A stretch of 64,000 nucleotides of DNA from Octopus sinensis (taxonomy: Eukaryota): positions 16,120,001 through 16,184,000 of the forward strand of contig NC_043023.1 of assembly GCF_006345805.1 (NCBI RefSeq). Direction: 5' to 3'. Below, one piece after another: positions 25,342-37,528 of the stretch (positions within the stretch are counted from its first letter, which is position 1; every line of letters begins with the position of its first letter). The translations under genes were made by a program, and so were the position numbers. Below the pieces are notes generated by a model. The model made no database searches and was not told where the DNA came from. It saw nothing but the letters and a program-made list of their open reading frames with translations.

Positions 25342-25704
25342 CATTACCTTTTCAGTTCTGTCTTCTATTTCTTTCTCTTAATTCAAAGCTTTTAGTCACT
25401 ATTTTGCTTTTGGTTTCTTTAAAGTTTTTATTCTGACCATCGAGAAGGGCTAAAGAGCCAGAAATACACATTGAGGAAACACTAGAGCAGTGGGTTTTAA
25501 CCAGGGTCAAGATGGCTTGTGGGGGTACTTATAAAATGGCCACCTTCAATCTTGCCATGGATCCAACAAGCCACAGCATTGTGGCAGGCTCCTTTGCAGG
25601 CATTGGCAAGGTTTCGATTTCTTGATGACCTTCCTAACACTGACCCCTTTACAAAGTGTGGTGGGTGCATTTTTTTATTATTGCACACCTTTCCTTTTTT
25701 ATTA

Positions 25705-26116
25705 TGCATACCTTTCCTTCTTGGGACACAAAACTCTACTTGTGAAGACCTGTTGAGGCAAGTGGGAATCAAAATCAAAATCGATCAACATCAATGGAAA
25801 TTGTAGCTGTGATACCAGTGCCGGTGGCACGTAAAAAGCACCATCGGAACGTGGCCAGCGCCGCCCCGACGGGCCTCCGTGCCAGTGGCATGTAAAAAGC
25901 ACCAGCCGATCTTGGCCGTTTGCCAGCCTCACCTGGCACATAAAAAGCACCCACTACACTACACTCACGGAGTGGTTGGCGTTAGGAAGGGCATCCAGCT
26001 GTAGAAACATTGCCAGATCAGATTGGGCCTGGTGCAGCCTTCTGGCTTCACAGACCCCGGTCGATCCATCCAACCCATGCTAGCATGGAAAGTGGACGTT
26101 AAACAATGAGGATGAT
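25705..26116 (+). mobile_element. RTE 3' UTR fragment, absent at the orthologous site in copy A
   Basis: Matches 5795-6250; counterpart at 48385-48798. Confidence 0.75.
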
Positions 26117-27078
26117 ATAAACACTACTGAATTGGTTTCCATTTCTCTGGGATTATGATTGTCATTCTAAAGAGGATTATGGTTACGATGCTTATCCTCC
26201 GTCATTCAAGGTCCACGTTCCATGCTGGCATCATTGACCCCTTTTCGGTGCCAATCATTTTACAGTGCACTGGAGCCTTTCTTTGCACATAACTGGCCCC
26301 TAGTGAAGTCACCAAATAACGGGAAAGGCAAAGGAAGAGGAAGGAAACAAACCTTCACTGAAGAGCATAGTAGAGAGGGAGATGGTTTTATGTCAGGTGT
26401 TGAGAGGTATACCAGGTATGATAGAAACACAGGTGAGCTGGCAGAATCGTTAGCACGGCGGGCGAAAAGGCTTAGCGGTATATCGTCTGCCGCTACATTC
26501 TGAGTTCAAATTCCGCTAAGGTCGACTTTACCTTTCATCCTTTTGGGGTTGATTAAATAAGTACCAGTTATGCACTGGAGTCGATGTAATCGACTTAATA
26601 CCTATGTCTGCCCTTGTTTGTCTCCTCTATGTTTAGCCCCTTGAGGGTAGTAAAGAAATAGGTATTTCGTCTGTCTTTACGTTCTGAGTTCGAATTCCGC
26701 CGAGGTTGACTTTGTCTTTCATCCTTTCGGGATCGATAAATTAAGGACAAGTTACGCACTGGGGTCGATGTAATCGCCTTAATCCGTTTGTCTGTCCTCA
26801 TTTAGCCCCTTATGGGTAGTAAAGAAATGGGTATGATAGAAGGACAGGAAACCGTGTCTTACTGCAGTGACCCTGCATTATATAAGGGTGGGTGGGAGTG
26901 AGTGGATAGGGACATGGTTTAATCAGGGGTACACCCATGTCTGATGAAGTTATGTTCCAGTAAACATAAATCTCATTAAATTAAAACTCATTAGGCTGAG
27001 TGTAATTAGATGTCTAATTTCTTTTGATGGTCTCTATTGCACATTTTCCCTTTTAATTTCCAGGGGCAAAACTATTAA

Positions 27079-27608
27079 CCCTTTAGCATTCAGATTATTC
27101 GGTCAAATGTAATCCTTTTTTATTCTCAATGTTTTGGATTAATCATGGATTATCTCATAGCTTTGAGATTTCAATGATGTGATGCTTTATTTCCAGAATG
27201 ACATTGTAGTTTAGATGGGAGAGGTCAGATATGGCTAGTTTGAACATCAGACAAGTAGAGTACTTGGATCTGATATCACTAGGCACCATTCGAGCGTGAT
27301 CGTTACCAACGTCACCTTACTGGCACCTGTGCCGGTGGCATGTGTAAAAAGATTCGAGCGAGGTCTTTGCCAGTACCACCTGAGGGGCCCCCGTGCCAGT
27401 GGCACATAAAAAGCACCCACTACACTCTCGGAGTGGTTGGCGTTAGGAAGGACATGCAGCTGTAGAAACTCTGCCAGATCAAGATTGGAGCCTGGTGCAG
27501 CCATCTGGTTCGCCAGCCCTCAGTCAAAATCGTCCAACCCATGCTAGCATGGAAAGCGGATGTTAAACGATGATGATGATGATATTCACTAGTTTAAATG
27601 CTAAAGGG
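27079..27608. mobile_element. piggyBac-like MITE with a nested RTE tail fragment
   Basis: TTAA-ccctttagcatt...aatgctaaaggg-TTAA; RTE 3' end at ~27283-27583. Confidence 0.65.
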
Positions 27609-28217
27609 TTAAATTTGGACGTGAGGTGAAGGCCTGGCTGTGATTAGGAACTTTTCTTTCCAAGCGCATAATTTAAGGTCCAGTCCCCCTGTATGGCACC
27701 TTGTTTAAGTGTCCTCCACTATAGCCCCAGGCCAGCAAAAGCCTTGTGAGTGGATTAGGTAGACAGGAGCTAAAAGGAGCCCACTGTGTGTATATATGGG
27801 ATGTTATAGCCTTGTTTGGAAACAGATGAAGGTTTGTGACAGGAAGAGCATCCTACTGTTGAGAATGAAAAACTCTTATCCACAAAGCATGGAACAGGGG
27901 GCATCATAATGATGCTGATGTTCTGCCTTAAAGGGTTTCCGGTTGAATGAATTGACCCCAGGACTTATTCTATTGGTCTCTTTTGCTGAACCACTAAGTT
28001 ACTGGGACGTAGACACACCAATACTTATTGGCAAGTGGTAGTGAGAAACAAGCACACATATAAACAAACAACAGGCTTCTTTCAGTTTCCGTCTACCAAA
28101 TCCACACAGGCTGCAGTAGAAGACACTTGCCCAGGGTGCCACGCAGTGGGACTGAACCCGGAACCATGGGGTTGGTAAACAAACTACTTACCACACAGCC
28201 ACTCCTGCGCCTATATA

Positions 28218-28298
<81 letters not shown>

Positions 28299-28560
28299 GT
28301 ATATATATGTATATATAAACAATGGGCTTCTTTCAGTTTCCATCTATCAAATACACTCACGAGCCTTTGAAACACACAAGTGTGTATGTATATATATACA
28401 CACACACATACAATGGGCTTCTTTCAGTTTCCATCTTGAAAATCCACTCACAAGCCTGATGCTGTAGTAGAAGACACTTTCCCAAGGTGCTCTGCAGTGG
28501 GACTGAACCCAGAACCGTATGATTGAAAAGCAAACTTCTTAACTGATTTCTTTATTTCAG

Positions 28561-28809
28561 GAACTGCTGTGCTCAATGGAAACGTCACCCTTTCGATAAC
28601 AATATCTGATATGGAACGACCGGTGGTTTGGAAGTGCGACAATTATAAATATGAATGTGACAGGACATGCGCTGATGGCACTGACTATAAAGTAACACAT
28701 AGTGGAGATACCTCCAAGCTTTGGATCAGAAAAGTAACTGAGAAATGTTTGACTTGGAAATTCGAAGATGAGAACCTTAATGTTGGAAAAATTGATTTGG
28801 ATATAAAGA
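28561..28809 (+). CDS. Copy B coding exon 3 (Ig-like domain)
   Basis: tttatttcag|GA...AAG A|gtaag, 249 nt. Reads (G)TAVLNGNVTLSITISDMERPVVWKCDNYKYECDRTCADGTDYKVTHSGDTSKLWIRKVTEKCLTWKFEDENLNVGKIDLDIK, with an NVT glycosylation sequon. Confidence 0.85.
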
Positions 28810-29020
28810 GTAAGGAAATGATTTATAATAATTTCTTTATTAACCACAGAGGGCTAACACAAAGGAAAACATTCGGGAGGGTACAGTGTGGGTTTTAGCA
28901 TGTAAAAAGTCATACAAAGAATAAAAGAAATTCAAAGTAAAACCCCTGATAGTGGGGGGACTTTCAAGGGCTACACGTAAAGAAAGCCCACAAAATCCAT
29001 GGTCTCCCTGACCACCAGGG

Positions 29021-29880
29021 TTTCATTTCATTTCATTTCATTTGAGTTTGAGTCCATGCTCAGGCCAAGTCGAAGACTCCACCCTCCGAGTCTGGTGTGG
29101 TTGCCAGGTTGTATTCTCTGTTTAATTTTGACATGTGTAGGAGCGAGTTTGAGTCAGTTTGTGCTCGTTGTGTATATCCTGGGAGATGGGGTTCATCTCT
29201 AATGGTGCTTAAGTATCTGTCCAGCTGCAAATTGAATGATTCCACACTGCATCCTGATAGATTTCTGACATGTACCGGAATGGAGTTGAATAGTTGTGCT
29301 CCTCGAACCAACAGACTTGACTCTCGCAGGGTTTTTGCTGCCTGGCCAGCCTTTTTGTTGATTGGTGGTAGCTGGCAGCGTCTTCCGTGGCGCAGTGAGT
29401 GGTAGGTTTTGATACCAAAGTTTGGTACCTTTTGCTCTATCATTTTCCAAATGTATATAATTCGGTATCGCTCAAATCTTCTTTCTATTGAGTACATCTT
29501 CAAGGTTTTGAGTCTTTGCCAATAGTCCAGGTCCCTCGTTTCTGAGAAGTATGAGGTAAAATTTCTTTGGAGCGATTCCATCTTAGATAGTTGGCCTTTT
29601 GTTGTTGGTGACCACAACTGAGAACAGTAGTCAATCCTCGGAAGTATCATACTGTTCCAGAGGGTTTTCATTGTTGAGGTATCTCTTGATTTGAAGGTGT
29701 GCAAGATCCACCCGCTGTACTTTCTTGCAGTAAGACAGACTGAGTCAAGGTGTTCTCTGAATTTTAGGCTGGTTCCCATGTGGATGCCTAAATCTTTCAC
29801 ATACTGTTTTTCCATTATTTGTTGTCCTGATGGGTTTCTGTAGTTTGTTGTATTTTTCAGACCTTGATCTGTTCCGTAGC
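29021..29880 (-). mobile_element. 5'-truncated CR1/L2-clade LINE in intron 3 of copy B
   Basis: VKDLGIHM...LWNSMILPRIDYCSQLWSP...ESLQRNFT...DYWQRLKTLKMYSIERRFERYRIIYIWK, with (TGAAA)n tail. Absent in copy A; the first ~20 aa of the ORF come from flanking sequence. Confidence 0.9.
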
Positions 29881-30489
29881 GGGTTGATGCCGTCTCCCGG
29901 TCTTTCCTCTCCAATATACAGGTACACTCTGAAAGAAGGCCCATTCACTCAGGTAATGCTCACCCACCTTTCAACAAACTGCTTGGAAGCCAGCACTTAC
30001 CTCTCCACCCTGATTTTCCTCTTCAAGTGAAACCTGAAAAAGTTTATTAGGGTTTTGATAAAATGGCAATTGCTGGTCTTCAGCGCTTTCAGACATGTCC
30101 ATCACACGATCCCTTTTGCAATGGCAACTAGTCACACAGGGAGAAAGCCCACAAAATCCATGGTCTCCCTGACCACCAGGGTGGATGCCCTCTCCCAGTC
30201 TACAGGTGCACACTCAGGCAATGCTCACCTCTCTCACCCATCTATCAAGAAACTGCAATGGAAGCCAGCACTTCCACCCTTACTTTTCTCTTTATCCTTA
30301 TTTGTCTCTTCTTCAAACCTGAAAAAGATTATTTGAGCTTCAACAAAAGGACAACTGCTGGTCATCAGCCCTTTCAGACATGTCTACCACATGATCCCTT
30401 TTGCAGTGGCAACCAGAGAGATAAGGTAACTGCTTGCCCTTCCTGGCTGAAGGAAAGCGGTGAGGCCAGCTTCTCGATGGACTCAGCTG

Positions 30490-31080
30490 ATCTCATCATC
30501 ATCATCACCATCGTTTAGCGTCCGCTTTCCATGCTAGCATGGGTTGGACGGTTCGACCGGGGTCTGGGAAGCCAGAAGGCTGCACCAGGCCCAGTCTGAT
30601 CTGGCAATGTTTCTACAGCTGGATGCCCTTCCTAACGTCAACCACTCCATGAGTGCAGTGGGTGCTTTTTATGTGCCACCGGCACAGGTGCCAGACGAGG
30701 CTGGCAACGGCCACGGTCGGATTGGTGCATTTTACGTGCTACCGGCACGAGGGCCAGGCAAGGCTGGCAATGGCCATGATCGGATGGTTCTCTTATGTAC
30801 CACCGGCACTAGTATCACATCTGCAATTTCCATTGATGTTGATCTGTTCTGTCTGTCTGTCTGTGTGTGTCTTCTAGGATCTCGGGCATCCTCCATCCGA
30901 TTGCGCTCAAATTTGATATGTAGATACCAACGGTATCAGGGCATGTATAAGTCTTGAAAATAAGTCTTGCCAGATCAAGATTGAAGCCTGGTGCAGCCAT
31001 CTGGTTCGCCAGCCCTCAGTCAAATCGTCCAAACCATGTTAGCATGGAAACAGATGTTAAATGATGATGATGATGATGAT
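30490..31080. mobile_element. Two oppositely oriented RTE 3' UTR fragments
   Basis: (CAT)n-led minus copy at 30490-30845 and + copy at 30965-31080. Duplicated at 53170-53760. Confidence 0.7.
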
Positions 31081-31328
31081 TTAATTGTTCATGTGAAAGA
31101 AGAATTCAAAGAGAAAAATATTAATAGCAACAATTGACAAAACCACTGTCTTTACTTTTGCTTTTTAACTTTTCTAAATGATGGACTGATCTATGGACCT
31201 TTCCACTTTTGTGCTAGAAGGAAGAAAATTAATCCCCTTTGCTAATGTTGTAAAAGAGGACATGATCTGAAGAGAACATATAATCTTTTAGACATAGTAA
31301 TCTAGGATACTGATGTGTATTAACCCTT

Positions 31329-34300
31329 GGATCTTTTCCGTTTGACTGGCAGTTTTTTAAAATAATTTCCACGTAACTAAACACTTTTAAACTTCGTATA
31401 CTGGTAGAATGTGTTTATAAAACATCTTTTTCTCTTGGCTTTATTGAGAAAATTCTATAGTTTGAGAAAATTCTATAGTTTGTAAGATATTTGGGATCTT
31501 TTCGGTTTGAACGGCAGTTTTTAAAATAATTTCCATGTAACTAAACACTTTTAAACTTCGTATACTGGTAGAATGTGTTTATAAAACATCTTTTTCTCTT
31601 GGCTTTATTGAGAAAATTCTATAGTTTGTAAGATATTTGCGATCTTTTCGGTTTGACCGGCAGTTTTTTAAAATAATTTCCACGTAACTAAACACTTTTA
31701 AACTTCGTATACTGGTAGAATGTGTTTATAAAACATCTTTTTCTCTTGGCTTTATTGAGAAAATTCTATAGTTTGTAAGATATTTGGGATCTTTTCGGTT
31801 TGAACGGCAGTTTTTTAAAATAATTCCACGTAACTAAACACTTTTAAACTTTGTATACTGGTAGAATGTGTTTATAAAACATCTTTTTCTCTTGGCTTTA
31901 TTGAGAAAATTCTATAGTTTGTAAGATATTTGGGATCTTTTCGGTTTGAACGACAGTTTTTTAAAATAATTTCCACGTAACTAAACACTTTTAAACTTTG
32001 TATACTGGTAGAATGTGTTTATAAAACATCTTTTTCTCTTGGCTTTATTGAGAAAATTCTATAGTTTGTAAGATATTTGGGATCTTTTCGGTTTGAACGA
32101 CAGTTTTTAAAATAAATTCCACGTAACTAAACACTTTTAAACTTCGTATACTGGTAGAATGTGTTTATAAAACATCTTTTTCTCTTGGCTTTATTGAGAA
32201 AATTCTATAGTTTGTAAGATATTTGGGATCTTTTCGGTTTGACCAGCAGTTTTTTAAAATAATTTCCATGTAACTAAACACTTTTAAACTTCGTATACTG
32301 GTAGAATGTGTTTAAAAACATCTTTTCTCTTGGCTTTATTGAGAAAATTCTATAGTTTGTAAGATATTTGGGATCTTTTCGGTTTGACCGGCAGTTTTTT
32401 AAAATAATTTCCACGTAACTAAACACTTTTAAACTTCGTATACTGGTAGAATGTGTTTATAAAACATCTTTTTCTCTTGGCTTTATTGAGAAAATTCTAT
32501 AGTTTGTAAGATATTTGGGATCTTTTCGGTTTGAACGGCAGTTTTTTAAAATAAATTCCACGTAACTAAACACTTTTAAACTTTGTATACTGGTAGAATG
32601 TGTTTATAAAACATCTTTTTCTCTTGGCTTTATTGAGAAAATTCTATAGTTTGTAAGATATTTGGGATCTTTTCGGTTTGACCGGCAGTTTTTTAAAATA
32701 ATTTCCACGTAACTAAACACTTTTAAACTTCGTATACTGGTAGAATGTGTTTATAAAACATCTTTTTCTCTTGGCTTTATTGAGAAAATTCTATAGTTTG
32801 TAAGATATTTGGGATCTTTTCGGTTTGACCGGCAGTTTTTTAAAATAATTTCCACGTAACTAAACACTTTTAAACTTCGTATACTGGTAGAATGTGTTTA
32901 TAAAACATCTTTTTCTCTTGGCTTTATTGAGAAAATTCTATAGTTTGTAAGATATTTGGGATCTTTTCGGTTTGAACGACAGTTTTTTAAAATAATTCCA
33001 CGTAACTAAACACTTTTAAACTTTGTATACTGGTAGAATGTGTTTATAAAACATCTTTTTCTCTTGGCTTTATTGAGAAAATTCTATAGTTTGTAAGATA
33101 TTTGGGATCTTTTCGGTTTGAACGGCAGTTTTTTAAAATAATTTCCACGTAACTAAACACTTTTAAACTTCGTATACTGGTAGAATGTGTTTATAAAACA
33201 TCTTTTTCTCTTGGCTTTATTGAGAAAATTCTATAGTTTGTAAGATATTTGGGATCTTTTCGGTTTGAACGACAGTTTTTTAAAATAATTTCCACGTAAC
33301 TAAACACTTTTAAACTTCGTATACTGGTAGAATGTGTTTATAAAACATCTTTTTCTCTTGGCTTTATTGAGAAAATTCTATAGTTTGTAAGATATTTGGG
33401 ATCTTTTCGGTTTGAACGGCAGTTTTTTAAAATAATTTCCACGTAACTAAACACTTTTAAACTTTGTATACTGGTAGAATGTGTTTATAAAACATCTTTT
33501 TCTCTTGGCTTTATTGAGAAAATTCTATAGTTTGTAAGATATTTGGGATCTTTTCGGTTTGAACGGCAGTTTTTTAAAATAATTTCCACGTAACTAAACA
33601 CTTTTAAACTTCGTATACTGGTAGAATGTGTTTATAAAACATCTTTTTCTCTTGGCTTTATTGAGAAAATTCTATAGTTTGTAAGATATTTGGGATCTTT
33701 TCGGTTTGAACGGCAGTTTTTAAAAATAATTTCCACGTAACTAAACACTTTTAAACTTCGTATACTGGTAGAATGTGTTTATAAAACATCTTTTTCTCTT
33801 GGCTTTATTGAGAAAATTCTATAGTTTGTAAGATATTTGGGATCTTTTCGGTTTGAACGGCAGTTTTTTAAAATAATTTCCACGTAACTAAACACTTTTA
33901 AACTTCGTATACTGGTAGAATGTGTTTATAAAACATCTTTTTCTCTTGGCTTTATTGAGAAAATTCTATAGTTTGTAAGATATTTGGGTCTTTTCGGTTT
34001 GAACGGCAGTTTTTAAAATAATTTCCACGTAACTAAACACTTTTAAACTTCGTATACTGGTAGAATGTGTTTATAAAACATCTTTTTTCTCTTGGCTTTA
34101 TTGAGAAAATTCTATAGTTTGTAAGATATTTGGGATCTTTTCGGTTTGAACGGCAGTTTTTTTAAAATAATTCCACGTAACTAAACACTTTTAAACTTCG
34201 TATACTGGTAGAATGTGTTTATAAAACATCTTTTTCTCTTGGCTTTATTGAAAAAATTCTATAGTTTGTAAGATATTTGGGATCTTTTCGGTTTGAACGG

Positions 34301-35479
34301 CAGTTTTTTAAAATAATTTCCACGTAACTAAACACTTTTAAACTTGTATACTGGTAGAATGTGTTTATAAAACATCTTTTTCTCTTGGCTTTATTGAGAA
34401 AATTCTATAGTTTGTAAGATATTTGGGATCTTTTCGGTTTGAACGGCAGTTTTTTAAAATAAATTCCACGTAACTAAACATTTTAAACTTCGTATACTGG
34501 TAGAATGTGTTTATAAAACATCTTTTTCTCTTGGCTTTATTGAGAAAATTCTATAGTTTGTAAGATATTTGGGATCTTTTCAGTTTGACCAGCAGTTTTT
34601 AAAAATAATTTCCACGTAACCTAAGCACTTTTAAACTTCGTATACTGGTAGAATGTGTTTATAAAACATCTTTTTTCTCTTGGCTTTATTGAGAAAATTC
34701 TATAGTTTGTAAGATATTTGGGATCTTTTCGGTTTGAACGGCAGTTTTTTAAAATAATTTCCACGTAACTAAACACTTTTAAAAACTTCGTATACTGGTA
34801 ATGTGTTTATAAAAAACATCTTTTTCTCTTGGCTTTATTGAGAAAATTCTATAGTTTGTAAGATATTTGGGATCTTTTCGGTTTGAACGGCAGTTTTTAA
34901 AATAATTTCCACGTAACTAAACATTTTTCTTCGTATACTGGTAGAATATGTTATAAAACATCTTTTTCCCCACTTGGCTTTATTGAACCTAAACATAGTT
35001 TTGAAAACTTCGATATTTACTGGTAGAACGGCATTTTTATAAAACATCTTTTTCTCTTGCTTTATTGAGAAAAATCCTATAGTTTGTAAATATTTTGGGA
35101 TCTTTTTCGGTTTGAAACGGCAGTTTTTAAATAAATCTTTTCCACATAACTAAACATTTTTAAAATCTTTTCGTATACTGGTAGAATATGGTTTATTAAG
35201 AAAACAAAATCTTTTTCTCTTGGCTTTATCTTTTTCTCTTGGCTTTATTGAGAAATTCTATAGTTTGTAAGATATTTGTTGTTTTCTTTCCTTCAATTTC
35301 TGCAATTTCAAACCAATCAATGACGTCCATTGAGGCTAAAAAAAAGATATCCTTCCCCCACCCCTAACTAAAACCCTAAAACAGATTGAAATGCAATAGA
35401 TCGATACTAGGGTCATAATTATGGGTTACAATTTCATATGACACTGCTAGAAGAAACTGCCATTCAAACCGAAATATCC
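31329..35479 (+). repeat. 147-bp satellite (~27 units) expanded inside an hAT-like MITE
   Basis: The unit equals the left end of the 24913 MITE. The array ends with the MITE's right part and TIR; flanks taaccctt/taatcctt. Confidence 0.92.
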
Positions 35480-35929
35480 TAATCCTTTTGTTTTATATTT
35501 GTATTTCTGCCAAAATCATTGCCTTGTTTCAGGTAATTTTTTAAATATAAAGAATTTAGTAAAATGACTTCATCACTCCTAAACTGGGGTTTGGAAATAA
35601 ATTACTATGAAATTTTAATGAAAGGTTTTAATTTATCATTTTAAACCTTTTGTTATTTTAATTCTGTGAAAATACACTGGCTTCTTTTTGTTTTTTACAA
35701 TTGGGTTGCAAGATTCTTTATGTGAGTTCGTGTGTTTGAAGCTATTCTGTTGTGTCTGGGGAGAGTCATTTTTCTTTTTGTGCCTTATAATGTACACAAT
35801 CACACCGGTAAAATTTCCACTTATTTCTTATTTTTATTTTCCTAAAATTCGTTGTGTCTTGAACCTTTTCAATAGTCAAGACTATTGAAAATGTTGCAAG
35901 ACACAACGAACATTTTAGGAAAATAAAAA

Positions 35930-36685
35930 TAATTCATTAGCGTCCGCCTTCCATGCTAGCATGGGTTGGACGGTTCAACTGGGTCTGTGAAGCCAGAAGG
36001 CTGCACCAGCCCAGTCTGATCTGGCAGTGTTTCTACGGCTGGATGCCCTTCCAACGCCAACCACTCCATGAGTGTAATAGGTGCTTTTTACGTGCCACCC
36101 ACACAGGTGCCAGACGGAGCTGGCAAACGGCCACAGACGGATGTGCTTTTTACATGCCACCCACGGGGGCCAGGCGAGGCTGGCAACGGCCACAATCGGA
36201 TGGTGCTTTTTATGTGCCACCGGCACAGGGGCCAGGCGAGGCTGGCAAACGGCCACGGACGGATGGCGCTTTTTTACATGCCACTGGCACGGGGCCAGGC
36301 GAGGCTGGCAACGGCCACGAACGGATGGTGCTTTTTAACGTGCCAACCGGGACGGAGGCCAGTCGGGGCGGCGCTGGCAACAGCCATGATCGGATGGTTC
36401 ACTTACTTGTCACCAGCACTGGTATCACAGCTGCAATTTCCATTGATTGTTGATCAATTTTGGTTTTGCTTTCTGATATCTGATTTGATTTGGTTTGATT
36501 TTGATTTTTGATTTTGATTTTCACTTGCCTCAACGGGTCTTCACAAGTGGAGTTTTGTGTCCCAAGAAGGAAAGGTATGTATAAGTCGACTGGCTACATA
36601 CCAGGTAGAGGGCTAGGTTATGGTCTCACTAGTCTTGTGCCGGGTCTTCTCACGCACAGCATACTTCCATAGGTCTCGGTCTCTA
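35930..36685 (-). mobile_element. RTE 3' end with internal ~58-bp tandem repeats
   Basis: Reverse complement of 5690-6250; counterpart at 58040-58797. Confidence 0.75.
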
Positions 36686-36954
36686 TGGAAATTTTATCGG
36701 TGAGTGGTTTTACATTATAAGGCACAAAAAGAAATGACTCTCCCCCAGACACAATAGAATATACTGGCTTAGTTTCAATTAATTTGAAATATAATAATTT
36801 AATAAATAATTTTGTCATCATTAAACTGGTTTTGGGAACATTAATTAACATAAATTAATATTTTGATGGAAGGTTTTTAATTTAGCTCACTTTAAATTAG
36901 GGAATTTTCACCATGGAAACAAGGGCAGTCTTGAGCAAGTTGATAGAAGAGTGT

Positions 36955-37347
36955 GTGGAGGCGCAATGGCCCCGTGGTTAGGGCAGCGGACTCGCGGTCA
37001 TAGGATCGCGGTTTCGATTCCCAGACCAGGTGTTTGTGAGTGTTTTTTGAGCGAAAACACCTAAATCTCCACGAGGCTCCGGCAGGGGATGGTGGTGATC
37101 CCAGCTGTACTCTTTCACCACAACTTTCTCTCACTCTTACTTCCTGTTTCTGTTGTACCTGTATTTTCAAGGGCCGGCCTCGTCACTCTCTGCGTCACGC
37201 TGAATATCCCCGAGGACTACGTTAAGGGTACACGTGTCTGTGGAGTGCTCAGCCACTTACACGTTAATTTCATTTCACGAGCAGGCGTTCCGTTGATTCG
37301 GATCAACCGGAACCCTTGTCGTCGTAACCGACGGAGTGCTTCCATCC
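36955..37347 (+). mobile_element. tRNA-derived SINE (family 3) just upstream of exon 4 of copy B
   Basis: tRNA-like head ggaggcgcaatggccc.gtggttagggc...ggtttcgattccc. Confidence 0.75.
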
Positions 37348-37395
37348 ATGAAAAGTGTATATAAATGACATATGTTTTACTGTTTATCTTTGTAG

Positions 37396-37528
37396 GTGAT
37401 ACACCTGAGGCATCCGATGATATCAAAATGAAATCGTTTGCAGGTGGTGCACAAGGAACCAGCAGCCTCAGAACCAAGTCCATCCTGTCATTGGGATGAT
37501 AACTGCCGTCATCATTTATACATTTTAA
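37396..37528 (+). CDS. Copy B last coding exon, with an apparent 1-nt deletion near 37486
   Basis: ctttgtag|GT GAT ACA CCT... The sequence reads atcctgtc where other copies have atccttgtc, giving ...KSILSLG* (TGA 37497-37499). It lies in an indel-rich stretch. Confidence 0.65.

Noticed and set aside
26222-26503. ORF MLASLTPFRCQSFYSALEPFFAHNW... as an extra exon
   Set aside because: It runs into a SINE head, the copy A homologue has disruptions, and the four-exon model is complete without it.
29060-29944. 294-aa ORF as a host gene or active LINE
   Set aside because: It is only the C-terminus of ORF2, with no RT core or endonuclease, and the start codon comes from flanking repeat.
31329-35479. 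Regular repeat array as a CRISPR locus
   Set aside because: Units are contiguous 147-bp near-identical copies with no unique spacers, no cas genes are present, and the context is eukaryotic.
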